This document shows positions 28,112 to 39,228 of a DNA stretch of 53,158 nt, in pieces (positions within the stretch are counted from its first letter, which is position 1; every line of letters begins with the position of its first letter). The stretch is from Actinomycetales bacterium. GTDB lineage: Bacteria; Actinomycetota; Actinomycetes; Actinomycetales; Dermatophilaceae. The position numbers were made by a program, and so were the translations under genes. The stretch covers positions 1 through 53,158 of the forward strand of contig JBBSKS010000001.1 of assembly GCA_038256095.1 (NCBI GenBank), in the 5' to 3' direction. The notes under the pieces were generated by a model, which saw only the letters and a program-made list of their open reading frames with translations, did no database searches and was not told the origin of the DNA.

Positions 28112-29269
28112 CTACTTCAGCATCTGGCGGGCCATCACGATGCGCTGGATCTGGTTGGTGCCTTCGTAGATCTGGGTGATCTTGGCGTCGCGCATCATCC
28201 GCTCGACAGCGAAGTCCTTGGTGTATCCCGCGCCGCCGAGCAACTGCACCGCGTCCGTGGTGATCTCCATGGCCACGTCTGAGGCGTAACACTTAGCAGC
28301 GGCCCCGAAGAACGGCAGGTCGGGGTCGTCACGCTCTGACTTGGCGGCGGCGACGTAGACCATCTGACGGGCTGCCTCCAGCTTCATCCCCATGTCCGCG
28401 AGCATGAACTGCACGCCCTGGAACTCGGCCACCGCCTTGCCAAACTGCTGGCGCTCCTTCACGTAGGAAATAGCCTGCTCAAGGGCTCCCGCGGCAATAC
28501 CTACCGCCTGGGCGCCAATCGTGACTCTCGTATGGTCCAAAGTCCTCAGCGCGATCTTCAATCCCTCGCCGCGCACGCCGACGAGTCGATCCCCGGGTAT
28601 GCGGCAGTTCGTGAAGAGCAACTCTCGGGTCGGCGATCCTTTGATGCCCAGTTTCTTCTCGGGCGCTCCCAGCTCGAAACCTTCGTCGTCGGCGTGCACC
28701 ACGAGGGCACTGATGTTACGGCCGCGACCGGCGTCAGGGTCGGTGACCGCCATCACGGTGTAGTACTTTGATTGGCCAGCGTTGGTGATCCAGGACTTCT
28801 GCCCGTTGAGCATGTAGGAGCCGTCGCTCTGCTCGATCGCTGCACAGCGCATGGCGCTGGTGTCGCTGCCCGCCCCGGCTTCGGAGAGCCCGTAGGAGAA
28901 CATCGCTTTCCCGCTGGCCACCTCCGGGAGGTAACGCTCTAGGACCTCATCACTAGCTGCCAAGATCAGCGGCATGGTTCCGAGTTTGTTGACCGCGGGG
29001 ATCAGGGACGAGCTGGCACAGACCCGGGCGACCTCTTCGATGACGATGCAGGTCGCGAGCGCGTCAGCGCCCACCCCGCCGTAGTTCTCACCAATGTGCG
29101 GTGCGTGGAAGTCTGTCGCCCGCAGCGCCTCGTACGCCTCGGACGGGAAGCGCGACTCCTCATCAACCGCGGCGGCAAACGGAGCGATCTTGTCTCGTGC
29201 CAGATCGCGCACCGCCTCGGCGAGCGCTAGGTGGTCTTCGGAGAGGGCAAAGAGGTCGAAGTCACTCAT
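28112..29269 (-). CDS. Acyl-CoA dehydrogenase (FadE25-like)
   Basis: [37 protein letters not shown]. Confidence 0.93.
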   Translation of the reverse strand: MSDFDLFALSEDHLALAEAVRDLARDKIAPFAAAVDEESRFPSEAYEALRATDFHAPHIGENYGGVGADALATCIVIEEVARVCASSSLIPAVNKLGTMPLILAASDEVLERYLPEVASGKAMFSYGLSEAGAGSDTSAMRCAAIEQSDGSYMLNGQKSWITNAGQSKYYTVMAVTDPDAGRGRNISALVVHADDEGFELGAPEKKLGIKGSPTRELLFTNCRIPGDRLVGVRGEGLKIALRTLDHTRVTIGAQAVGIAAGALEQAISYVKERQQFGKAVAEFQGVQFMLADMGMKLEAARQMVYVAAAKSERDDPDLPFFGAAAKCYASDVAMEITTDAVQLLGGAGYTKDFAVERMMRDAKITQIYEGTNQIQRIVMARQMLK

Positions 29270-29790
29270 TGCCCTACTGTACGACCGCGCACCCGTTCAC
29301 CCTTGGCGTGTGCCTGCGCGCGGAGGTCGTCGGCGAAGGCAGCGAGTCGCGCGCCGATCTCGACGCCTTGGGCATCCGGGCTGCTGGCAAGAATTCGTGC
29401 GGCCAGAAGCCCCGCGTTGCGTGCCCCACCAATCGACACGGTCGCAACGGGTATGCCGGCTGGCATCTGCACGATGGAAAGCAGAGAGTCCATGCCGTCG
29501 AGGTACTTCAACGGAACGGGCACCCCGATCACCGGCAGCGTGGTGACGCTGGCCAACATGCCGGGCAAGTGCGCTGCACCACCGGCCCCAGCGATGATCA
29601 CCCGAATCCCCCGACTCGCGGCGTTGATTCCAAAATCGATCATTTCGGCGGGCATACGGTGTGCTGAGATGACGTCCGGCTCGCAGGTAATGCCCAGCTC
29701 GGCCAGGACAATCGCGGCGGCTTCCATCACGGGCCAGTCGCTGTCGCTGCCCATCACCAGCGCCACGGTTGGGGTGCCTGCATCGCTCAT
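29266..29790 (-). CDS. purE: N5-CAIR mutase
   Basis: [37 protein letters not shown]. Confidence 0.97.
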   Translation of the reverse strand: MSDAGTPTVALVMGSDSDWPVMEAAAIVLAELGITCEPDVISAHRMPAEMIDFGINAASRGIRVIIAGAGGAAHLPGMLASVTTLPVIGVPVPLKYLDGMDSLLSIVQMPAGIPVATVSIGGARNAGLLAARILASSPDAQGVEIGARLAAFADDLRAQAHAKGERVRGRTVGQ

Positions 29791-31007
29791 TCGTCGATCA
29801 CTCCCTGCAGGAAGTCAGCGGCGTGCCGACCGCGCGCACGCAGACCAGCCAGGTCGTCACCGTAGGTGGTGACGTGACCGATCTTGCGACCGGGGCGCAC
29901 ACCTTTGCCGTAGAGGTGGATCCGCAGACCGGGATCGCGGGCCATCAGGTGCTTGTAGGTCGAATACAACTCGGGCTTGTCGCCGCCGAGCACGTTGGAC
30001 ATCACGGTCCACCGCTCGCGCGCATGGGTCTGTCCGAGGGGCAGGTCGAGGACCGCCCTTAGATGCTGCTCGAACTGGCTGGTGACTGCCCCGTCGATGG
30101 TCCAGTGCCCGCTGTTGTGCGGACGCATAGCGAGCTCGTTGACGACAAATCCGGGACCGTCCACGTCATCAGCCAGCTGGAACAGCTCGACTGCCATCAC
30201 CCCCGTCACTCCCAATTCACCGGCGATTCGCAGAGCCGCTTCGGTGGCCGCGGTGGCCACGGCTTCGGGCAGGCCCGGCGCGGGGGCCAACACTTCAGTG
30301 CAGATGCTGCTCTCTTGAACGGTTTCGACGACTGGCCAGGTGGCGGCCTGACCGCTGGGGCTCCGGGCGACCATGATCGCGATCTCGCGGGTGAACGCGA
30401 CAGCCTCCTCAAGCAGAATGCCGTCGGCCACGGGCGACGTCTGGCTTTCGCCCACCCTGGCCAGCCAGTCGTCGACCTCGTTAGGCGAGTTGATGACCCG
30501 CACGCCCTTACCGTCATACCCACCGCGTGGGGTTTTGGCCACGATTGGCCAACCTGCCTGCTTGGCGAACGCTTCGACGTCGCTGCGCTCGCGGGCCACC
30601 GCCCACTGCGGGCACGGCACCCCCATCTCGCCCAGTCGCCGTCGCATGGCGATCTTGTCTTGCGCAAAGATCAACGCCTCAGGGGCGGGGTGCACCGCGA
30701 CCCCGGTTGCTGCCAGCGCTTGAAGCACCCGCTGTGGCACCTGCTCGTGGTCAAAGGTCACCACATCGCACGAACGGGCGAAGTCGAGCACTGCTTCGAG
30801 ATCCGTGCATGCACCCACGGGGCTATGCGGCACGACCAGCGCGGCTGCAGCCGTGTCCGATTCCGATAGCACCGATAGCGTCACGTTGAGCGCGACTGCC
30901 GGGGGCTGGCACATCCGAGCGAGTTGTCCACCGCCGATAATCCCTACGACGGGAAATCCTCCCTCGGAGGTGCGCACTTTGGCCGTTTGGTCAGGCATTT
31001 CATCCAC
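29787..31007 (-). CDS. purK: N5-CAIR synthase
   Basis: [43 protein letters not shown] lies 7 nt before GTG 31007. Confidence 0.96.
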   Translation of the reverse strand: MDEMPDQTAKVRTSEGGFPVVGIIGGGQLARMCQPPAVALNVTLSVLSESDTAAAALVVPHSPVGACTDLEAVLDFARSCDVVTFDHEQVPQRVLQALAATGVAVHPAPEALIFAQDKIAMRRRLGEMGVPCPQWAVARERSDVEAFAKQAGWPIVAKTPRGGYDGKGVRVINSPNEVDDWLARVGESQTSPVADGILLEEAVAFTREIAIMVARSPSGQAATWPVVETVQESSICTEVLAPAPGLPEAVATAATEAALRIAGELGVTGVMAVELFQLADDVDGPGFVVNELAMRPHNSGHWTIDGAVTSQFEQHLRAVLDLPLGQTHARERWTVMSNVLGGDKPELYSTYKHLMARDPGLRIHLYGKGVRPGRKIGHVTTYGDDLAGLRARGRHAADFLQGVIDE

Positions 31008-31046
31008 GGCGCACAGCCTACGTGCCGGCCCGCGTATGCTGCGCCG

Positions 31047-31538
31047 GTGACCGCTGCCCTTTCTCGCCTGGGCGAGCGCATCAGAGGCTGGTATGACGTT
31101 TTCGCCCGCCAAGTCGCCAAATTCGGAATCATCGGGCTGCTTGCGTTCTGCCTAGATACCGCTCTCTACAACTTCTTTGTCTTTGGCGTTCCTGGCTCTG
31201 GCGATGTGGGCACGATGCATGACATCCCTTTACGAGCCAAGATAGCCGCTACGGCGTTCTCCACGATCTTTGCCTATCTGGGCAATCGCTATTGGACTTT
31301 TCGAGACCGTCGACGCCCTGGTCGAACCCACGAATTCGTCCTGTTTGTGCTGTTCAACATCATCGGCCTCGGCATTGCCGTCTTCTGTTTGGGCTTCTCG
31401 CGATACCTGCTGGGCCTGGACAGTCAACTGGCCGACAACGTCAGCGCCAATGGCGTGGGCTTGGTGTTAGGCACCCTTTTCCGCTTTTGGGCCTATCGGA
31501 CCTATGTCTTTACGGCAGAGACGACACGTGACTCCTAG
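31047..31538 (+). CDS. GtrA family membrane protein
   Basis: AKFGIIG, YLGNRYWTF, LGTLFRFWAYR. Confidence 0.9.
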   Translation: MTAALSRLGERIRGWYDVFARQVAKFGIIGLLAFCLDTALYNFFVFGVPGSGDVGTMHDIPLRAKIAATAFSTIFAYLGNRYWTFRDRRRPGRTHEFVLFVLFNIIGLGIAVFCLGFSRYLLGLDSQLADNVSANGVGLVLGTLFRFWAYRTYVFTAETTRDS

Positions 31539-31549
31539 CGCCTGATCGC

Positions 31550-32611
31550 CTAGTTGGCCGCAGACATCGAGATGTAGAGGGCGAAGACCGTGGGACGGGC
31601 CTGCGCTAACTCCAAGCGGCCGCCAAAGGATTCAGCCGTTTCTCGGGCTACCGAAAGGCCCAACCCCGTGCCCTGGCCACTGGTCACAGCTCTTTCAAAG
31701 ATGCGGCGCGCCAACGACAGGTCCATTCCTTGCCCTTCATCACGCACCTCAAGCAAGGCAGAGGGACCGCTGCGGACGGCGGAAATCTGAACCAGCCCAT
31801 CACCGTGTTGCAGTGAATTCTCCACGAGCGTATTGAGGATCTGCGAGATGGAGGAGGCGCTGGAGCGAACGATCATGGCGCGCTCTGCCCGGACGACGAT
31901 TTGCCGCCCACGGGCCTGGAACGCTGGAGTCCACTCTTGCTCTAGACCCGATAGCACGGTGTCGAGGGAGACTGACCTGCCGCCATCAGCGTGACCAGCA
32001 CGCGTGCGGTGCAGCAAATCGTCAACCACCGAGGCCAGCCGCTCGGTTTGCCCAATCGCGATCTCAGCCTCGTGCTTAGCCACTGCCAAATCGTCGGTGT
32101 GCACCACCTCGTCCAGACGCAGCACCAGTGCGGCTAAGGGCGTGCGCAACTGGTGGGAGGCGTCGGCGGCGAAGGATCTCTCAGAGGACAAGGCGCGAGC
32201 CAGTGTGTTTTGGCTCCGGTCCATGATGACGCGCACTTGGTCGATTTCGGGCAGCCCGGTCTTGCCACTTGCCCCCTTAGCGAAAGCGACCGGGCCACCC
32301 CCGTCAGGGTCAGCCGTCACCGAGCCAGCGCCGAAGTCATCCGCTCGCTGAGCAAGGTCGTTGAGGGCCAGCGTTAGAGTGTTCACGGTGCTGCTGATGA
32401 GCCAAATGGCCAGGCCCGTCGTGATGGTGACCGTGGCAATCGTCGAGATGACCATGGCAAGAATTCCCAGCCAGGAAGGACCGAGGCTATCCCGCGCTTC
32501 CGGCGAGAGCGGCCTCACTATGAGGGCGACAGACAACCAACTGAGGCCGAGGCCCAAAGCCGCACCAGTCAGCCCAATCGTTACCGCAATTCGGCGGAGT
32601 TCTTCACGCAA
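31550..32611 (-). CDS. Sensor histidine kinase (DraK-like position)
   Basis: Two TMs, ADASHQLRTPL, ENSLQHG, DEGQG, GTGLGL. Confidence 0.9.
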   Translation of the reverse strand: MREELRRIAVTIGLTGAALGLGLSWLSVALIVRPLSPEARDSLGPSWLGILAMVISTIATVTITTGLAIWLISSTVNTLTLALNDLAQRADDFGAGSVTADPDGGGPVAFAKGASGKTGLPEIDQVRVIMDRSQNTLARALSSERSFAADASHQLRTPLAALVLRLDEVVHTDDLAVAKHEAEIAIGQTERLASVVDDLLHRTRAGHADGGRSVSLDTVLSGLEQEWTPAFQARGRQIVVRAERAMIVRSSASSISQILNTLVENSLQHGDGLVQISAVRSGPSALLEVRDEGQGMDLSLARRIFERAVTSGQGTGLGLSVARETAESFGGRLELAQARPTVFALYISMSAAN

Positions 32612-32623
32612 TGCGGCTCCAGA

Positions 32624-33304
32624 TCAGCGTTCCGGTTCGTTTTGGAAGCGGAAACCAACCCCGCGGACGGTAACAATGTAGCGCGGACTCGTAGCGTCGT
32701 CGCCGAGCTTGCGACGCAAAACCGAAATATGCATGTCGAGTGTCTTCGTCGATCCGAACCAACTGTCCCAGACCTCGTGCATCAACGTATCGCGAGGGAC
32801 AACTCGTCCTTCTTCACGGGTGAGCACTCGCAAGAGGTCAAATTCCTTCGCCGTCAGCGACACCTCCTGGCCCCGGACGAACGCCCGCCGCGCCTTGGTA
32901 TCGACGGTGATGGGGCGGTCGCCAGCGTCTTGTTGGTTGTCATTCCCACGACGAAGCAACGCACGAACGCGAGCCAGCAACTCCGCCAAGCGAAAAGGCT
33001 TGGTCACGTAGTCGTCAGCACCCGCATCGAGCCCCACGACGGTGTCTACTTCGTCGCCGCGAGCGGTCAAGATAAGCACGGGGCAGGTCAAACCTTCCTG
33101 ACGCATCCGGCGACACACTTCTAAGCCGTCTAAGTAAGGTAAACCTATGTCCAGTATGACCAGGTCCGGAGCTTCACCTTCAGCCAAAGTAAGTGCCACA
33201 CGCCCATCTTCGGCTACGTCGACCGCATAGCCTTCGCGCCGTAGGGCCCGTGACAACGGATCGGAAATTGTTGCATCGTCTTCGGCCAGCAGCACGCGCA
33301 TCAT
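32624..33304 (-). CDS. OmpR-family response regulator (DraR-like)
   Basis: VLLAEDDATISDPLSRALRREGY; WFGSTKTLDMHISVLRRKLGDDA. Confidence 0.92.
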   Translation of the reverse strand: MMRVLLAEDDATISDPLSRALRREGYAVDVAEDGRVALTLAEGEAPDLVILDIGLPYLDGLEVCRRMRQEGLTCPVLILTARGDEVDTVVGLDAGADDYVTKPFRLAELLARVRALLRRGNDNQQDAGDRPITVDTKARRAFVRGQEVSLTAKEFDLLRVLTREEGRVVPRDTLMHEVWDSWFGSTKTLDMHISVLRRKLGDDATSPRYIVTVRGVGFRFQNEPER

Positions 33305-33351
33305 CATCTGACTCTAGTCCCAACTCTTTGCTCAGTACATTCCAGGTCAGA

Positions 33352-34158
33352 TCACTCTTTGCCGTAGGCATACCACCGCGCTGGCCTCTTCTCGGTGAAG
33401 GCAGAAATACCTTCTCGCCGATCCTTGCTTTGGGCGGCCGCGCGCCAGTGTGCGTCTTCGCGGCGCAGGCCTTCTTCGAGGGTCCTATCGGCACCCTCGC
33501 GCATAGCCGCCTTCGCGTGTCTCACCGCTGTGGGCGAATTGCTGCTGATCTGGTCGGCCAAGGCGAGCGCACGCTGCCTTGACCTGCCCGCGGGCACAAT
33601 CTCGTCGACCAGCCCTAAAGCGCGGGCCTGCGTTGCGTCCACTGTGCTGGCCGTTAAAACCATAGACGCTGCGCGTGACCATCCCACTCTCCGGGTCAAA
33701 AGCTGCGTGCCCCCTCCCCCTGGAATGAGCCCAACTGAGACTTCCGGCAAAGCGAGCGTCGCCTGCGTCCCGGCAATAATCAGATCGCACGACAATGCCA
33801 GCTCCAGGCCTCCCCCCAACGCGTGCCCATCAATGGCCGCGATGGCTGGCATGGGCAGCGACAACACACTTCGGTAGGCCTCCATGCTGATCTGGCGGTG
33901 GGCCATCAGCTCATCGTCGCTCATGCCGTGGCGCTCCTTCAGATCAGCGCCGACGCAAAACGAGCGTGGCGACGAGCTCGCTAACACCACCGCTCGCACC
34001 CCTTGATCTGCCCCAAGACGTCGCATCCCGGCAGTGATCTGTCGGGAGAACTCGGTAGAGATCGCGTTGAGTGCGTCCGGGCGGTCCAAAACCACGAGGG
34101 CGACGTGCCCGTCGTTGCCAGCCCGGGTGATCTGGAGCAGTAGTTCGTCGCTAGCCAT
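33352..34158 (-). CDS. Enoyl-CoA hydratase/isomerase (methylglutaconyl-CoA hydratase-like)
   Basis: FCVGADLKER, ALGGGLELAL, PEVSVGLIPGGGGTQ. Confidence 0.9.
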   Translation of the reverse strand: MASDELLLQITRAGNDGHVALVVLDRPDALNAISTEFSRQITAGMRRLGADQGVRAVVLASSSPRSFCVGADLKERHGMSDDELMAHRQISMEAYRSVLSLPMPAIAAIDGHALGGGLELALSCDLIIAGTQATLALPEVSVGLIPGGGGTQLLTRRVGWSRAASMVLTASTVDATQARALGLVDEIVPAGRSRQRALALADQISSNSPTAVRHAKAAMREGADRTLEEGLRREDAHWRAAAQSKDRREGISAFTEKRPARWYAYGKE

Positions 34159-34200
34159 GCTCTAGTGTGCCTGGCGCACCGTGCACCTGACCTCGTCACC

Positions 34201-34944
34201 TCAGCGCAGGTGCACGACGTCTCCTGCGTGATGCACCCCTGTGCGACCCTCGCAGGTAAGGACCAAAGCGCCGTCACTATCCACACCAGTTGCCACGCCA
34301 TGCTCATGACCGCCACCAGGCAGCTCGATCGAGACTGAGCGTCCGATCGTGGCGCACACGCCCAGATAGGCCGACCGCACCGTCTGCGGGTCGTGGTCGA
34401 GATCGTTCAGCAGTGACCAAAGATGCTCCAAATATGCCGCCAGCCAGGCTTGTCGCACGCCAACCGGGAGAGCGCCTCGCCCGCTCGCCAAGGCCCACGA
34501 GGTGGCGGCCGCCACCGGCAACTCGTCGGCGGTTTGGTCAATGTTGAGCCCGGCCCCAATCACGACTGACGACGGCGTAGCTGAGGCGAGAACGCCGCAG
34601 ACCTTGCCGCCTCGCGTCTCGGCGCCTGGGGGTATGAGCACATCGTTGGGCCACTTAAGCGCAGCCACAAACGTAGGTTCGGTGTCAGCCAAGGCGCGTT
34701 GCACTGCGACTCCCGCGATCAACGGCACCCAACCAAGGAGGTCCGGCCGGGGAAGCTCGACGCCCACACTCACCGCCAGGCTTGTGCCCGGCGGCGCCGT
34801 CCACGTGCGGCCGCGCCTGCCCAAACCCGCACTTTGGTGATCGGCGACGACGACACGGCCCGGACTCGGGTTCCTTAAGAGCTCGAGGTTGGTGGAATCG
34901 ATGGTCGCGTGCCACTCCGGGCGCGTCCATTGCTGCCTGACCAC
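34201..34944 (-). CDS. birA: Biotin-[acetyl-CoA carboxylase] ligase (no HTH)
   Basis: DSTN, QSAGLGRRGRTW, KWPND, KVCGVL, GDVVHLR. Confidence 0.93.
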   Translation of the reverse strand: MVRQQWTRPEWHATIDSTNLELLRNPSPGRVVVADHQSAGLGRRGRTWTAPPGTSLAVSVGVELPRPDLLGWVPLIAGVAVQRALADTEPTFVAALKWPNDVLIPPGAETRGGKVCGVLASATPSSVVIGAGLNIDQTADELPVAAATSWALASGRGALPVGVRQAWLAAYLEHLWSLLNDLDHDPQTVRSAYLGVCATIGRSVSIELPGGGHEHGVATGVDSDGALVLTCEGRTGVHHAGDVVHLR

Positions 34945-34967
34945 CTGCGCAACGATAAGTTATCCAG

Positions 34968-36572
34968 ATGGACGACTCCACCCTCGAGGTCAATACCGAC
35001 ATGCGCACTACCGCCGGGCGACTCGAGGACTATCACCGTCGGATCGACGAAGCGGTCCACGCCGGGTCTGCGCGCGCCGTTGAGAAGCAGCACGCTCGGG
35101 GCAAGCAGACCGCGAGGGAACGAATCGCCGCGCTGCTCGACGAGGATTCGTTCACCGAGCTCGACGAATTTGCGCGACACCGTTCCACCAATTTTGGTCA
35201 GGAGAAGAACCGGCCCTACGGCGATGGGGTCGTCACGGGCTACGGCACGATCGATGGCCGCCCGGTGGCCGTCTTTTCCCAGGACTTCACCGTGTTCGGC
35301 GGTTCGCTGGGTGAAGTCTTCGGCGAGAAGATCGTCAAAGTCATGGATCTGGCGATGAAGGTCGGTTGCCCTGTTGTTGGCATCAACGACTCGGGCGGGG
35401 CGCGCATCCAAGAGGGCGTTGCCGCGCTCGGGATGTATGCCGAGATTTTCCGGCGGAATGTGCACGCGTCGGGGGTTATCCCGCAGATATCGCTGGTGCT
35501 CGGCCCCTGCGCCGGTGGAGCGGTCTACTCACCCGCAATCACCGACTTCATCGTGATGGTCGAGAAAACGTCCCACATGTTCATCACCGGCCCCGACGTG
35601 ATCAAAACCGTCACCGGCGAGGACGTCAGCTTTGAGGAGCTCGGCGGGGCACACACGCACAATGCCCGCTCCGGTGTCGCCCACTACGCGGCCAGCGACG
35701 AGACCGACGCCATTGCCTACGTTCAAGAGTTGCTGGCCTACCTGCCGCAAAACAACCTCGAAGAGGCGCCCTCGTTCCCGGTCGAAGCCACTATGGCAGT
35801 CAGCGAAGCGGACGAGGAGTTGAACACCCTCATTCCTGACTCCGCCAACGTGCCATACGACATGACCGTGGTGCTTGAGCATGTCCTCGACGACGGTGAG
35901 TTTTTACAAACCCAGGAGTTGTTCGCTCCTAACATCATGGTCGGCTTCGGCCGAGTCGAGGGGCGCTCGGTCGGCATCGTGGCCAACCAGCCGATGCAGT
36001 TCGCCGGAACGCTCGACATTGATGCCTCCGAGAAGGCCGCGCGCTTCGTGCGCACCTGCGACGCGTTCAACATCCCGATCCTGACCTTTGTGGACGTGCC
36101 CGGTTTCTTGCCGGGGACCGACCAAGAGTGGGGCGGCATCATTCGGCGCGGCGCCAAACTGCTCTACGCGTATGCCGAGGCCACGGTCCCGCTCGTGACC
36201 GTCATCACCCGCAAGGCATACGGCGGCGCCTACGACGTCATGGGATCCAAGCACTTGGGGGCTGACGTGAACTTCGCCTGGCCCACCGCGCAGATTGCGG
36301 TGATGGGCGCCCAGGGCGCCGCCAACATCCTGTACCGCAAGCAGTTGGCCGAGGTCTCCGCAGCGGGCGGTGATGTCGATGCCGCTCGCGCCAAAAACAT
36401 TCAGGAGTACGAAGACACTCTGGCCAACCCCTACGCGGCCGCCGAGCGTGGCTACATCGACGGGGTCATCCCCCCAGACCAGACCCGCATTCAAATCATC
36501 AAGGCGCTGCGCACACTGTCGACCAAGCGCGCAAACCGAGCCCCCAAGAAGCACGGAAACATTCCGCTGTGA
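34968..36572 (+). CDS. Acyl-CoA carboxylase beta subunit (AccD5/PccB-like)
   Basis: [41 protein letters not shown]. Confidence 0.96.
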   Translation: MDDSTLEVNTDMRTTAGRLEDYHRRIDEAVHAGSARAVEKQHARGKQTARERIAALLDEDSFTELDEFARHRSTNFGQEKNRPYGDGVVTGYGTIDGRPVAVFSQDFTVFGGSLGEVFGEKIVKVMDLAMKVGCPVVGINDSGGARIQEGVAALGMYAEIFRRNVHASGVIPQISLVLGPCAGGAVYSPAITDFIVMVEKTSHMFITGPDVIKTVTGEDVSFEELGGAHTHNARSGVAHYAASDETDAIAYVQELLAYLPQNNLEEAPSFPVEATMAVSEADEELNTLIPDSANVPYDMTVVLEHVLDDGEFLQTQELFAPNIMVGFGRVEGRSVGIVANQPMQFAGTLDIDASEKAARFVRTCDAFNIPILTFVDVPGFLPGTDQEWGGIIRRGAKLLYAYAEATVPLVTVITRKAYGGAYDVMGSKHLGADVNFAWPTAQIAVMGAQGAANILYRKQLAEVSAAGGDVDAARAKNIQEYEDTLANPYAAAERGYIDGVIPPDQTRIQIIKALRTLSTKRANRAPKKHGNIPL

Positions 36573-36787
36573 GTGCCACCGGCCCATCGGGCATCGTGAT
36601 CTATGGGGCGCCAACACCAGCCGAGACGGCGGCCGTTGTCGCCGTCCTGGCCGCGATGAGCGCAGCGTCGAACTCGACCGCAGAGCCCCCGCGTCGACGG
36701 TCGCTATGGGTCTCGCGAGGGCGCGACGCTCGCCCCCGTTTATCACCGGGTCCCGGCTCGTGGACAGGCTCCGTCCTGGCCCGTTGA
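36569..36787 (+). CDS. accE: Acyl-CoA carboxylase epsilon subunit
   Basis: [15 protein letters not shown]...SLW...PGPGSW. GTGA-coupled to the beta subunit. Confidence 0.85.
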   Translation: MSATGPSGIVIYGAPTPAETAAVVAVLAAMSAASNSTAEPPRRRSLWVSRGRDARPRLSPGPGSWTGSVLAR

Positions 36788-36794
36788 GCGCGAC

Positions 36795-37490
36795 CTAACT
36801 CTGCCGAGCGTTGGCTTCGGTCCTGCGAGTGACCCTCTCTTGGAGTGTGACGTGATCGGCATCTACGAGACACCCCGAGGCCAACACCGCTTGACCCGCA
36901 TCGAGGTCTCCGGAGTGCGCCGCGAAGACTCGCATGATGTCGATCCCGTGCGCCGGGACGCTGGTGACAGTGATCGCATCACCAGCGCGAAGAGTGCCGG
37001 GCGTGCGGACCGCGCAGTACGTACCCGGGCGTCCGCGCGCCGTGAAACGCTTGACCCACCCTCGCTCGCCCAGGTGAGCGGCGAACGTCGAGCAGGGGAT
37101 GCGCGGACCGCATACCTCGAGGTGGACGTCGCCGATGTGCACCGCCGAGCCGATGACCAGAGCGTCAACGTCGATGCCTTCCGTGGTGATGTTCTCCCCG
37201 AAGGACCCGGGAGTTAGCTCACGACCCACCTCGGCACTCCAGTAGGCCAACTCCTCGGCCGCAACCAAATACAGCGCTTGACGCTCCCCGCCGTGGTCCT
37301 CGCGCTCGATGATAACGTCGCCCACCGCGCCACTGCCCATCCCGGTCGCCATATTCCCAGGGTCTCGCACGTCGATCTGCCGCACAGACCGCTTGTCGAT
37401 ACCGGAGAGTGCGCCCGGACGAGGGGGACCCAACACGGATCCCCCTCCGATATTGACGGACTTCACGACTGCGGTTTGAGAGGCTGCCAT
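36795..37490 (-). CDS. MOSC domain protein (YiiM-like)
   Basis: SGIDKR, HGG..QALY, FGENITTEG, PRIPC. Confidence 0.9.
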   Translation of the reverse strand: MAASQTAVVKSVNIGGGSVLGPPRPGALSGIDKRSVRQIDVRDPGNMATGMGSGAVGDVIIEREDHGGERQALYLVAAEELAYWSAEVGRELTPGSFGENITTEGIDVDALVIGSAVHIGDVHLEVCGPRIPCSTFAAHLGERGWVKRFTARGRPGTYCAVRTPGTLRAGDAITVTSVPAHGIDIMRVFAAHSGDLDAGQAVLASGCLVDADHVTLQERVTRRTEANARQS

Positions 37491-37515
37491 GGCACCAAGG
37501 TAGTACCGTCAATTG

Positions 37516-39228
37516 GTGACCCAAGACACCCACGCCGACTCCTGCGGGCGCCAGCAGAGTCCCATCGACCGCGTCGCTGACGCCTACCTGGACGCCAGAT
37601 TGGCGCTGAGTCCTTTGCTCGCGACCTATCTCGGGGTGACCGGCAGCGAAGGTCGCCTCGACGACTTCAGCATCAAGGGAGCGCAAGCTGGCGCCGACCT
37701 CACCCGCCATACCCTCGCCGAACTAGACGCCGCAGAGCACGGCATCGTCGGCGATGGCGTCGATGCCGTCACCGCCGCGGCGCTTCGCGACGAGTTGGGC
37801 CTGCGCGAGGAGTTGGCTTCTCGCATCCTCGACGGACGTGACCCGACCGGCCTGAACGTTTTGGATTGCCCGGTCCAGTGGGTGCGCGACGCCTTCGACC
37901 TGATGGCCACCGAGACGCCTGCGCAGTGGCAGTGGATTCTGGACCGTCTGCGGGCGGTGCCTACCGCCGTGGAGCAGTACGTTTCCGCCTTGCGTTTCAG
38001 TGCTGGTCATGGGGCCGTTGTGCCGGCCCGCCAAGTGCAAAAATGTGCTGCCCAATGCGCAGCCCAAGCGGATTCCGCGACCAGCACGTATTCGGCGTTG
38101 ATTTCTTCTTCGGATGCCGTCCCCGACCGGCTACGCAGCGACCTGGAAGCCGCAGTGGCGGCGGCCAATGCGGCTTTCGCGGCGCTGGCGGCCATGTTGA
38201 CCGACGAGTTGCTTCCACAAGCACCGCGGGCGGACGCGGTCGGCGTCGAGCGTTACCAGTTACTGTCTCGCTCGTTCTTGGGGACCACTATCGACCTGCC
38301 CGAAACTTACGCCTGGGGGCAAACCGAGCTCGCTCGCATCACGTCGATGATGGAAGAGACCGCTAACGCGATCCATCCCGGCGCAAGTGTGACCGAGGCC
38401 ATCGCCATCTTGGATGCCGACGAGCAGTATCAGCTCAACGGCACGGCCGAGCTGAAATCGTGGATGCAAACCATGGCCGACGAGGCCATCGCGGCCCTAG
38501 CCGACTCACACTTCGACATACCTGAACCCATTCGTCGTATTGAGTGCCTGATCGCGCCTAGCAGCACCGGCATCATTTATTACACTGGGCCTAGCGAGGA
38601 CTTTTCCCGCCCGGGTCGCATGTGGTGGTCTGTGCCCGCAGCGGTGACGTCGTTCAGCACCTGGCGTGAGCTCACCACCGTCTACCACGAGGGTGTCCCC
38701 GGCCATCACCTGCAGATCGCGCAAACCACTCTGCACAAGGACACGTTGAACCGGTGGCGACGCCTCGCGTCCTGGATCTCCGGTCATGGCGAGGGATGGG
38801 CGTTGTATGCCGAGTGGTTGATGGCCGATCTCGGTTATCTCGATGATCTCGGCATGCGGATGGGCCTGCTCGACGCCCAATCGATGCGGGCCGCAAGAGT
38901 GGTCCTCGATATCGGCGTGCACTGCGGATTCGAAGCGCCGGATGAGGTCGGCGGCGGGACGTGGACGTACGACAAGGCCTGGCAGTTCCTCAACGCTCAC
39001 GTGAACATGAGCGAGGCGTTTGTCCGTTTTGAGCTCGATCGTTACCTCGGTTTCCCGGGCCAGGCGCCGTCATACAAAATCGGTGAACGCCTCTGGATCG
39101 AGTTGCGTGACGAGGTCCAGCGCCGCGAAGGCGACGACTTCGATCTGGCCGCCTTTCATCGCCGCGCTCTCAACATCGGAAGCGTAGGTCTGGACGTCTT
39201 GCGGTCCGCAGTTCTCGAGGCCACATGA
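37516..39228 (+). CDS. DUF885 family protein (putative metallopeptidase fold)
   Basis: RPGRMWW, YHEGVPGHHLQ, EGWALYAE, RY...PGQAPSYKIG. No signal peptide. Confidence 0.9.
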   Translation: MTQDTHADSCGRQQSPIDRVADAYLDARLALSPLLATYLGVTGSEGRLDDFSIKGAQAGADLTRHTLAELDAAEHGIVGDGVDAVTAAALRDELGLREELASRILDGRDPTGLNVLDCPVQWVRDAFDLMATETPAQWQWILDRLRAVPTAVEQYVSALRFSAGHGAVVPARQVQKCAAQCAAQADSATSTYSALISSSDAVPDRLRSDLEAAVAAANAAFAALAAMLTDELLPQAPRADAVGVERYQLLSRSFLGTTIDLPETYAWGQTELARITSMMEETANAIHPGASVTEAIAILDADEQYQLNGTAELKSWMQTMADEAIAALADSHFDIPEPIRRIECLIAPSSTGIIYYTGPSEDFSRPGRMWWSVPAAVTSFSTWRELTTVYHEGVPGHHLQIAQTTLHKDTLNRWRRLASWISGHGEGWALYAEWLMADLGYLDDLGMRMGLLDAQSMRAARVVLDIGVHCGFEAPDEVGGGTWTYDKAWQFLNAHVNMSEAFVRFELDRYLGFPGQAPSYKIGERLWIELRDEVQRREGDDFDLAAFHRRALNIGSVGLDVLRSAVLEAT

